23,975 bases of DNA from Amoeboaphelidium protococcarum X5 (Eukaryota; Fungi; Aphelidiomycota). Where the stretch lies: assembly GCA_023515725.1 (NCBI GenBank), contig JALDTO010000029.1, positions 1-23,975 of the forward strand, written 5' to 3'. Within the stretch, counting starts at the first letter, position 1; every line of letters starts with the position of its first letter. Positions 10,571 through 20,523 of the stretch are shown in pieces. The notes under the pieces were generated by a model, which was given only the letters and a program-made list of their open reading frames with translations, was not told where the DNA came from and ran no database searches. The position numbers were made by a program, and so were the translations under genes.

Positions 10571-11350
10571 ATGAGCTCTATTCAACTAAATTAAGACAAT
10601 GCTATTCACGGTGATGATTACGCTGTGTCTGGATTGGAAGTCGGATCCTCTGGCGATCTGGTATACAGAGTAACTTAATAGAAAGGGCCTTGTGGTATAT
10701 TAAAGCTTCATTTTGAAAAATGCATGAATTTGAATGGCGCATAATCTGAGTTTAAACCTTAATTGGAGATGATCGGTCAATTTTTGGATTGCCGTATAAA
10801 CAATCTTTTAAGTGAAAACCATGACCAAGTGCTTGAGTTTAAGCATCGCCAAATTTTTGGTCCATGGGCATCAGGCTATCAGTTTGTAGTCAAATGGGAT
10901 CGTTGTATTCCTTATATGTAATTAGTGGGTCATAACTAGAAAGTTTATGCATTGAAGCATATAAAAGGGCGTGGTATTAATGCTGAGTATGATGTTGTGG
11001 CAAGATCCACCGAGATGAGTGTTGTTTCAAGTGAAACTGTTGTCGGTAATGTAAGTCATCAAATGAGGTGCGTAGGATGCCACTGCTGCAGAGATTAGAA
11101 ACGCGTTCATACAGCCACCCTGATTCGCTTATATCAAAACCAGTTGTCTGAAAAGTATGTCCCAATGTTTTACTGTTTGACCATTGCTCAATAATCTTGG
11201 CGCTCACTATTCTTCTTTGGTTTAGTGGGCGCACCTGTTGTTGTTTTAATTTTTTTGGCATACGTAAGAGCACTACCGTATGAACTTGCAAGTGCTGTAA
11301 CGGGTGTGTTAAGTTTGATTAATTTGATCTGCGCTTTAATGGTGTACTGA
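10571..11350 (+). CDS. Uncharacterised 259-aa protein with Cys cluster (RCVGCHCCR) and two C-terminal hydrophobic segments
   Basis: ATG 10571 to TGA 11348-11350 with no internal TGA and 9 TAR codons; absent from the ORF track. C-terminus LFFFGLVGAPVVVLIFLAYV and LASAVTGVLSLINLICALMVY looks like two TM helices. Confidence 0.75.
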
Positions 11351-11706
11351 ACAATAAGGTAGCATTAGATTTGTTGAAATAAGACTGAGAGTTTATAAAG
11401 TTTCTGCGTTACATTGTTCCACAGCACATAATTTAAATCTAGACATCATAAAATCATTACTCGGACGCCTTGAATAGCCCGTTCGTTTGATCTTATCTCC
11501 AGATCGTTTCAACACTGATCGGCCAGTTGATTCATTTGACCGGTCTCTCCTTCTCGCTCTCTTTAATCGTCATCGCTTTCCTTCTTCGTCGGAAAAGTAA
11601 CACTTTGTTTTCTATGAAATATTATTCTTACTGTACTGCACGCAATTATAGCATTTAATTCCATTGAACTCTGACGCATTACTTTCTAGAAAAGCGGTTG
11701 AAGAAA

Positions 11707-13080
11707 ATGAGCGTGATTAACTACTCCAAGTGGGATAAGATTGAACTGTCTGATGATGAGGACATTGAGTGTCACCCAAACATTGACAAGGCCAGTTGGG
11801 TGAGAATGATGCAGAGAAAGATTCATTAGGAGAGAGAGGACCGTAAGATGCGCATTGCTCAAATGAAATCTGAACACTCGACTAATATTGAGTTGCGCAA
11901 GTTGGTTGTGAAAATGTCTGAAGATTTTAAAGCTCAAAAGGAGGAGCAGAATCGATCCATGGTGGAGTAGTTGTTGCGAGATGTCCATCTATTTGACACT
12001 ACCAGAAAAGCGAAACTTCTGGACCCATAGTCTGAAGAGTATCTGTAGATCAAGGATGTATAGGAAGTGTATCTGATGTTAGTCTCTCGTCTTCTGGATG
12101 AAGGCAAGGTGGAGCGAAAGACCAATGTAGTTATTGAACAGTTGCCACGTATTCTCACGGCTGAACTTCCTAAATTGGACAAGAGATAGAAGGAACTGTT
12201 GGAGAAGATTGCCGCTGAAGAGAAGGAGTAAAATAAAAAGTTGACATCTGAGAATATTGGACATGAAGGATTCAGTAAGACTATAATTAATACCAAACCT
12301 GATCCTAAGGAGCAGAAAGCTAAATCTGGTAAGCAGTCTTAAAAGTAGATTGAAGTTTTGAATCCTGATCATGCGCAGAAAGCCATTTAGAAATCGTCCG
12401 TGTAAAATTAAAGTGGTGGTGGTGCAGCAGGAGGGGATGATGATGTGAATTTGAGAGAGCTATCTCAAGATGAAGATTAGATGATGCTGGACTTTGTCAA
12501 GTGCAAGGATTTCACAGAGTCTTTTCACTTTATCCAGCAACACCCGGAAATTGTATAGAAGTAATTTAGTGATCATATAATGGCTCGTGCGTTCAAATGC
12601 CAGATGGATGGAAAGGGTCAGGAGGCTAAGCGTTGTGTCAAGTGGTCTCTTGCTTTGAACTATGCCCTGTAGATGGGCAGAGATGGTGTTGGCCTATTCT
12701 ACAAGCGCATGACTGGCGAGGCTAAGGAGCCACTTGCATTATTTGAATAAGATTTGGAAAGTACGTATAATCACATCAAGGAGAGATCAAAGATACTGAA
12801 GGCTAAGCAGAATTCCAAGGATTTGGACGAAGATAATTCCAATTTAACTCCGGAACAAGCGGTGGTATTTAAGACTTTTCCAAAACATTTCCAGGATGCC
12901 ATGTACAGTGGTGACATGAACAAGATTAATGAAAGTTTTGGTAAAATGACAGAGGAGGAATCTGCCCGTGTTATGGCTGACTGTCAAAAGACTGGTCTGA
13001 TCAGTGTGCTTAGTGAGGAAGAATCTAAACAATATCTCCCACAGGAGGGTGATTCTGAGAAGAAGATGGTTGAATAATGA
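11707..13080 (+). CDS. CDC37: Hsp90 kinase co-chaperone Cdc37, 457 aa
   Basis: Diagnostic N-terminus MSVINYSKWDKIELSDDEDIECHPNIDKAS (CK2 site SDD), HEGFSKTIIN, C-terminal VFKTFPKHFQDAMYSGDMNKINESFGKM...CQKTGL; ends TAA TGA. Confidence 0.95.
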
Positions 13081-13187
13081 TTAAGTATAATGGAACTATT
13101 ATTAGTCGCAACTATGGCGAGTACTAATGTCGTGTTATTAATCATCAATCAATTTACTATCACCACTAACCATCAAGGTCAATTCGA

Positions 13188-13530
13188 TCATTGGCTGAGA
13201 ATCTTCTTGCCAGTCTTCTAGATGGCAGCGACAACCTCATCCTTGGGCACTCTTCCATAAATATCCACGCTCTAAGCCTACACAATTAACATACAAAAAC
13301 TCATTATAATGATGATTTATAATATTAATCAGCCTACGTTCAAATCAGTGACAACCTTGTCCACTCCACCAACGCGCTTTAACGCACGCTCAACGGCGCC
13401 TGAGCATCCACTGCAAGCCATTTCTACCTTGAACTAATAGTGCTACACTTATTTACTCAGCGAATTGATCAAATCGAAATGGAATTAAAATTATCAAGCT
13501 CATGCTTACATTTAAATCTTTAGAATCCAT
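13188..13530 (-). CDS. ATX1: Copper metallochaperone Atx1/ATOX1, 71 aa, 2 introns (13443-13509, 13278-13337)
   Basis: MDSKDLN-HYQFKVEMACSGCSGAVERALKRVGGVDKVVTDLN-AQSVDIYGRVPKDEVVAAIQKTGKKILSQ: MxCxGC metal motif and KTGK. The Q in HYQF is TAG (13434-13436). Missed by the ORF track. Confidence 0.95.
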
Positions 13531-13753
13531 AGCGATAATATATAATATGAGTATATGTATATAAACTGCAAGATGAAAAGCTAATATATAAATAGGAAAT
13601 ACAAGTAGAAAGATTGATGGACACGATGATTTGCCAAGCAGAAATTCGATTCGTTGAGATAAAACAATTCAGATTGAGCCAATCTTAAGAGAGCAGATAC
13701 ACTTTTTCTATTTCGGTAACCACATGATACTTTATACATCAATATAAATTTTG

Positions 13754-15727
13754 TCACTGAGTGGCAGTCAATTGACCAGTGACTCTGTACACTTTGATGA
13801 TGGAATCTATCAACGCGCTGAGAGTCTTGACCACAAGTTGGTCTTCATCCTGATAATCGTACACATTCAGCTTATCCAAGATTGATGATGATGATGATAA
13901 TTATCCGCCATTAATATTAATCTAGTAGTTCTCAAAATCTATTTACATACCATAATTACCACATAGAGTCTGTATTCGCTTAGTTATTTATCGCAGCACT
14001 TTCAATAATCTTGAAATTTTGTCGCGAATGGCTTTCTACCCAGATGCTACAACTCCATCTTCACTAGTTTACTATTTAGGTGGAAGTGATTGATATTAAC
14101 TTATTAGAAGCCAAAGGTGCCTTAGAATCTCTGTTGCATTCACGTTAACATTCAATAGATCTTGGTACGTATCAGCAGGCAATAACGATACCGGAGAGAC
14201 GAAACCTTGAGCTTCAGTTATATAATTTTAGAACTGACTAAATGACTTGAAATCCTCTAGACTTTCATGCGCAGTAGTAGGATTAACTACTTGAGACAGA
14301 ACTTGTTAATAATATCCAATTCTCTCTTAAACTATAGCATCATCAACACCAAATTAGTGATCGTAAGTTGTGAGATTATCATTATGGTCTTGCCAGTCCA
14401 AGTTGATATAGTGAGGCTAAGTATCCAATTACAAATCATCCAGTTGAGTAACATCTTTGAGCAGCTGCTTATGCTTAGGCAGTACCGATTACTCATTACC
14501 AGCAGATACCTGTGAATTCAACTTTTATCTCTTCGCTTTGGACTACTTTAAATCACCAGTATCACCATCCAAAGTATTCAATACTACTTCAGAGTGATGA
14601 TTGAGGCGTCTAAAGAGAGAACGAGTAGTGGTATCATCCTTAACAGAGGCAAGTCGACCGTCAAAGTTGGCGATAGAATCACCTCCAAAATCCTCAATGG
14701 TCTCCTGCTCCGTAACATCTACAAGAAACGATTAAAGTTACTTTCGAGAACCACTATCTGCTGCTGCTGCTCCATCTTTCTATTAGGAATTGTCAGCTGC
14801 ATTAGTCCGATGTGACAAGAGATCCTCTTCATCAGCAAATGCTTTGTCAAAGATGGCATCCTTCTTTCTACTCTTATCCTTACTGAAGAAGACACTTTGT
14901 AGACACCTGGTCCAGAACTCCTTCTCATCCATAGACTTGGTGGTGAAGACGTGTTCATCATACACCGCTTTAATCTTGGGATGATGAGCGAATATATTCT
15001 CTATAATCTCCTTGTTGAGTACAAACTTCATCTCTTACTGGCTACTAATCGAAGATGATGACCCTGATGTTGATGCATTCCGGACTATATCATCTATGAA
15101 CTGCCCATTCATTCCCTTTTTCATTGACCGCTCTGCTGATAGAGTCTGCAATAGCTCCTGCCTGTCCGGGAGTGACCAGAAATCTTCCTCTGATATAAAC
15201 TTGGAGTCCACCACCAAAGCATAATGCAACTTTTTCAGTTGAGGAAACTTATTTAACGCAGCATGTCTCTATTTGAGATCCTCCAGAGTTATAGATTACT
15301 TTCTGGCTCCAGTTGCAGCCGCCTGGGAATTAGCATCACCGGACCGAGACCCAACCAAAGCCATTACCATTGACAGACCATCCTTGAACTTGTCTCTTAT
15401 GCGCCGCTCTCCCTCAGCAGTAACATCACGCTTAACATCTTCACCGACACCATCGCTGACATCTTTATGGAATTGGAACGTATGAGATTCTTCTTTCCCA
15501 GTTTAATTTTAATCTTTAACTTGCAATTTAATCAGAGCTTTTGATGATGATGCCGGATTCACTAGCTATTTAACTATGGAAGATATAGGTATGGTAAGAG
15601 GAGGGGTCTGTCCAGGAGCGAATGCTTTGTATTGCAGCGATACGTCTGTTAAAATCAAATGCCCTCTTGCTTTGTTATATGTGACTTCAGCTTTAAAAGG
15701 CAGATCTTTAGTGCTGATATTGGCCAT
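13754..15727 (-). CDS. TFB1: TFIIH p62 subunit Tfb1/GTF2H1, ~657 aa
   Basis: N-terminal PH-like region (YNKARGHLILT...IPISSI..QLVNP..SSKALIKL), two BSD domains (LVVDSKFISEEDFW; IFAHHPKIKAVYDEHV...MDEKEFWTRCLQS), C-terminal EILRHLW. Track ORFs share one frame to TGA at 13754-13756. Confidence 0.92.
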
Positions 15728-15865
15728 TTTGATGTTAAAACTGACGCGACGTCGAGTAAGTGACGAAGAAGACGGTTCGATCGAAAAGTATAGGAAACAA
15801 GGAAAGCTCATACTCAATCTATCTGAAAACGGAATATATAATTCAATGTCAATATTATATAACAA

Positions 15866-16326
15866 TCAAGAGGACTCATTATTACTATTAAATGTCATCT
15901 ATTAAGCAATGACGCGTTTGGAAGCATCAAGTCTATACAAAGCGGTGGCGAGTTCTTACTTTAACCGCTAATTTTCTCGGTCTAGAATTATCAATGCTTT
16001 ATGCTCCAACGATTCCACCTGCTGTAGCTTTGACTTTATTGCCTTCGCTAAAGTATTATTATTCTACTCCTTATCTTTTAGCTGTAAGAATCCAGCGAGT
16101 GGTAAGAGATCCGCTTTAGTGATAATTTAGCCTCTATGTGGATCTTTACCTCCATTCTCATCAAGATACTGCTCAATTACTCGTCGCTCATACACCAAAC
16201 CGCTAGAAGTCACAACCACAGGTTCTTCAGGTACTCTCCCAGACACTACACATTGGCTAAATCTGTGTCATGTTCACGTTCCTAAAATGTATACAAAGTA
16301 AACTTACGCGCGCACAACAATAACAT
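15866..16326 (-). CDS. PRP19: Short Prp19-like protein (U-box + Prp19 coiled coil, no WD40), 132 aa, 1 intron (16246-16307)
   Basis: MLLLCALSGRVPEEPVVVTSSGLVYERRVIEQYLDENGGKDP (Prp19-type U-box) and ENQRLKQELATALYRLDASKRVIA (Prp19 tetramerisation motif RQELSHALYQHDAACRVIA), then TGA 13 codons later. Missed by the ORF track. Confidence 0.85.
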
Positions 16327-16467
16327 TTCAATTTAAAAATACTTACCTATTATAGTGGGAATATTCAGATTGCCTATTTAAAATTAGCTCAGCTCAGTGA
16401 AATAAAAAGAAAATCGATAAAACGATCGCCGTAATCTTTTAAAGCAAAAACAGAAAAATAAGTAAAA

Positions 16468-18609
16468 ATGGGCAAGTAGTTAAAGTAGGCTCAGAGACGT
16501 GCTCAGTAGAGTCAAAGAAAGCGCTTATAGAGCGTGTCTAAAAACGATGATAAGGACTTGGATTTTGATGGAGTAATCAGCGACGATGAGGTTGATGCCT
16601 ATCATGCGTAGAAGGACAAGATTCTGCTTGATCAACTCGATGATGGAAGTGATAATGATTTGGATGCAGAGTTGTTAAGCGAGAGTGAAGAGGAGGTGTT
16701 GGCTATGAAGATGGATGATGAGTAGAGTGATAGCGCTGATTACGATGGCGATAGGTATTCTGATGGTGAAGGGAATGTTCAGGTGGGGGAGAGTGATATG
16801 GAAGACGCGTTGAATATGGTACCTGCACTGCGAAAACACGTCAAATCTGGCGGCTCTGATTATGGCGAGTCTGATGGTGACGAAGACGCGGAAGATTCTA
16901 TGAAGTAATAGTCATCTGTCGCATGGGGCAAGAAGCGAAATGCGTATTATGATGACGATTTGGATATGGATGATGATGCTGGTATCGAAGAGGAGGAGGA
17001 AGCTGAGCGTTTGCGTCGAGAGTAATTGGCGGCTATGCAGGATGATGATTTCTTGGATGATAGCTTCGCGTCCAAGTTATAAAAGTAATCTAGTGTTAAT
17101 TCTAATTCTGTCCCTCTCCTGTCAACTGCAACACCATCTGACGATGAAGAGGATGAAGATGAAGTTGAGTTGGTTGAAAAGGTATCCAAGAGCTTTGATG
17201 GTCTGACCAGCGATCAAGTTCGGTAAATTGTGGAATAGGAAAGGCCTGAATTGATGGCGATGCTTCAAGAGTTTACCGGTAAATGCAAGTAGTTGAATGA
17301 GAATTAAGCTGCTTTGCTGGTGGCCAAGACTTCTTTGAATTCGGCTGGTGAGGAAGGATTGGAGACGGATGAAGGTCTATCACTTTTAGAGGTGAAGAAT
17401 CACTTGCTGATGAATTATCTGCTCAATTTATCTTTCTATTTGTATATGAGATTGGAAGGTGCACGTTTGGATTAGCCGGACAACAAAGCTCATCCAGTTA
17501 TTGAGAGATTGGTCGAAGTTCGTTTGTATCTGGAGAAATTGAAGCCATTGGAAGCCAAGCTGAAGTACTAAATCGATAAGCTGGTAAACGCGTCTTTATA
17601 AGCTCCATCAGTTTAGAAAATTAAATTAGACGGGGATGTGCTTGGCGATAATGTTAATGCATCTTCTGCAGATCCTCTCAAGTTCAAGCCGGAGATTGGT
17701 AATTTCGAGGGAGTTGACTCTGATGACAGCTCTGGTGATGACGGCAATGGAAGCGATGCAGGTGAAAAGGTGTATAAAGCGCCCAAGATAGCTCCTGTTC
17801 ATTATGATGATACCGGCAAGAAGGGTGCTGGTAAAGACGGCCAGAAGAAGAATATTCTTGGTTAGTCAATCATGAAGGATCTGCTAAACGAGTTGAGCGA
17901 ATTGCCTGAAGAAGTGCATGATGCTGGCAATCTCTTGGAGGCTAATAATGAATTGAAGGAAGATAAAAAGTGGTAGGAGAGAGTTAAAGCTGAAGAGGAG
18001 ATGATGATGAGACTGACCACCACCAAGAAGGATAAGAAAGATGTCCGATAGCAGAATAAGTTGGTTGATGAGTTGGCCGAGTTGGATCAGTTTGGAGATT
18101 ACGCGTTATCTAAAGTTGCCAAGGATCGAGATGTTCTGGATGATATGTTTGCATCATCTAGTTCCCGTAAGAAAGATAGACTTCGAGATGCTCTCTCCGG
18201 TGGCGAATCCTCTGAGGATTATGGTGATGCGGGTTAGAAATAACAAGATTCCGATGTCAGTGATGACGAGTATTATTAGAGTTTACAGAATCAGACGCGT
18301 AACTCTAAGCGTCAGCAATTGAATGAAGATATGGACGCGTTAAGTGAGGAAGAAGATGGTGCCGTTGTCAGTGGTAAGAAGAAGTTTAAGCGTGATGTTG
18401 GCTATGATATCATGAAGAACAAAGGACTTACTCCGAAGAGAACTAAAGAGCAAAGAAATCCTCGTGTGAAAAGGAGAAAGAAGTATGAGCAGAGTTTGAA
18501 GAAATTGGGCAGTATGAAGCCAAGTCAGAAGCAAAGCTCTGGCAATAAGTATCGCGGAGAAGAGACTGGTATCAAAAAGAACTTATCGCGCTCTGTTCGC
18601 TTCAGTTGA
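16468..18609 (+). CDS. SAS10: SSU processome protein of Sas10/Utp3 family with an Lcp5/neuroguidin-like core, 713 aa
   Basis: Sas10-type N-terminus (DEVDAYHAQKDKILLD, AWGKKRNAYYD, EEEEAERL, PELMAMLQEF) and C-terminal domain (YDIMKNKGLTPKRTKEQRNPRVKRRKKY...YRGEETGIKKNLSRSVRF). Central Sas10/Utp3/C1D domain. Confidence 0.9.
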
Positions 18610-18724
18610 GAATAATAAAGTATCATTTAATATCACCAAGCGAACTCTATTTCTTTTAAAGAATCGTCGTTTTGCTTTATTATCGACGCGACTTCGAATC
18701 AGACTAAAAACTAAGCGAACTAAA

Positions 18725-19372
18725 ATGCTTAAATAGATATAACGCGTAGTCAATGTACGCTTACTGCACAATGAAAGTTCGTTGTAGACAATATCACCAA
18801 AGATTTTGAAAAGGGATGACCCATTGGTGCAGAAATTATTCAGAGCGTATATCCCACAAGACTTTGAGCCGCAGGGTGTTGATAAAAATGGAAAAGAAAT
18901 CCCACCGTTGGTATCTCAACAAGAGCTGAAATAGTTACGCGTTTAATGCTATAGATTTGGCCTAAGGCCACAAGATTTAAATCTACCAGAGCTGAAGGAG
19001 CAAGAGACAACAGAAGTAAATGATCTGCGATTGTCAGTGATGAGGGCACGCGCCGAGTCTCTGATATTTGAACGTCAAGAACGCGCTCGGGAGAAATTGG
19101 CTAAATAGCACAGGCGCGAGTTAAGACAGCGCAAGATCACTATGCAAGATGTAGAGAAGGATGTACGTGAGCTGGAGGAGAAATTTGCTGATCCTGAAAA
19201 ATACAAAATGCCTTTGAGCTTGATGACTATGGCTGAGCGTGCAGAGTATGAGAGGAAGAAGCTGAGTTTCATTGAGAACAACATGAAGGCAATGGATTAG
19301 AAGTTGCAAGAATGGAAAATTAAGAAACGCGAAGCTAGAAAGCAAATTCATGATAAGCAGTCGCCTATTTGA
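18725..19372 (+). CDS. Probable mitochondrial ribosomal protein mL59 (Mrpl25-like), 215 aa
   Basis: ATG 18725 to TGA 19370-19372 open with TAR=Gln. Presequence-like MLKQIQRVVNVRLLH. PPLVSQQELKQLRVQCYRFGLRPQDLNLP and ERKKLSFIENNMKAMDQKLQEWKIKKREAR resemble the two conserved blocks of mL59. The ORF is well supported; the family call is by eye. Confidence 0.6.
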
Positions 19373-19423
19373 GAATATAGATTTTATACTAAACTTCAAC
19401 TTAATCAAACGAGCCAATTTACA

Positions 19424-20200
19424 TCATAAGAAAGCAAACAACATTAAAGATAATATTTGAGCACACCCACCGATACCAACAGCAATACCAGAGGACATTA
19501 TGCCATTCTTACCTCTTGGACCTCCAGTAATCGTGTCATTCTTCCTCTCCGTATCGCTAAGGTTCAATTATGGCACATCAAATGCAAAAGTGCAATTAGT
19601 TGAATTGGAATCTGCAGGATCACATTCAAGAGTCTTGTTAGAATTATCCCCTGAAGTTGATGTCATGTTACCAGATAATTTTGTGTCTTGCGTCTTCTTT
19701 GAATCGCCGATTAATGGCGTAGATGAAGGCAATTTAGTATCACGCTTCGTTGATTCACTAGCCTATCGCTCAGGGGATGTAGATTATTCAGTCATCTTCC
19801 CACCGCCGCCGCCACCACCACCACTGGCACCACCGGCACAGTCAACCACAGACCACTTGACATTTTTAAGCCTCCCCACGCTGGTTGCCGCCAATTTGAT
19901 AAAGGCTTCTTTAGATAGATCAATGTCATTTTCAGCACATCCGGCACAAGAGTCAACCACTTTAGCCATTATAGTTGTGCCAGATGGACCTGTCACTTGA
20001 ACACATTTGCCACAAGACGCGTCGGAATTCATACGCGTGAAAGAAACAGCCACAGCGGCGGGTAGATCTGCCGCAGAAACAGAGATTCCTTTGGACAAAC
20101 ATGAAACACTCGCGCCCGCTGTCAAATCGTAGTAAGTCAGCTCACCGACATATGCCATCGACACTTTTAATAGTAACTGTATCGCTATAATATACTTCAT
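19424..20200 (-). CDS. Secreted DPBB (RlpA/expansin/loosenin-like) protein with Gly linker, Ser/Thr stalk and GPI-type tail, 258 aa
   Basis: Signal peptide, GELTYY, SC, AVAV, CGKCVQVTG, AKVVDSCAGCAENDIDLSKEAFIKLA...GRL..VKW. The frame continues through TAA 19784 to the hydrophobic tail MSSGIAVGIGGCAQILSLMLFAFL-TGA. Confidence 0.88.
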
Positions 20201-20523
20201 TTCAGATTTTATTTTTTTTAATCTTTGAAAATAAAAATACTAGTTTACTTCAAAATTGAATTTGCAAATAAAGGATCTAATGGTCGTGATACAATCGATT
20301 CGATCTTGTAATCATTCTTCGTAATGTGACACCAGAAAGTGATCATCCAATCACGAGTACTCAAATCCGCGTTGCAATGACTATGTCTTAACGCATGCCT
20401 CTTGAATTCTTACTTCTACTATTGTGAAAGTGCCACCATGTAACTATATAAACTAAAATAAAACACATCAGATGCAAATGTCATAGAAACAAAAATGCTT
20501 TAATCAACTTTTCATGTATAAGC

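Noticed and set aside
11051-11075. GTAAGT...CGTAG as a possible intron in the 10571 orphan
   Set aside because: It is only 25 nt, well below the 54-81 nt of the other introns, and removal would shift an otherwise open frame.
11684-11691. TTCTAGAA heat-shock-element-like site before CDC37
   Set aside because: It has only two nGAAn units and lies about 15 nt from the ATG, probably within the 5' UTR; too weak to call.
19799-19825. CCA/CCG triplet run as a repeat element
   Set aside because: It simply encodes the poly-Gly linker of the DPBB protein.
655-20000. Antisense and alternate-frame ORFs in the track (e.g. 655..1065, 7488..7937, 9852..10304, 11934..12296, 19500..20000)
   Set aside because: They are shadows of real genes on the other strand or frame and show no family motifs.
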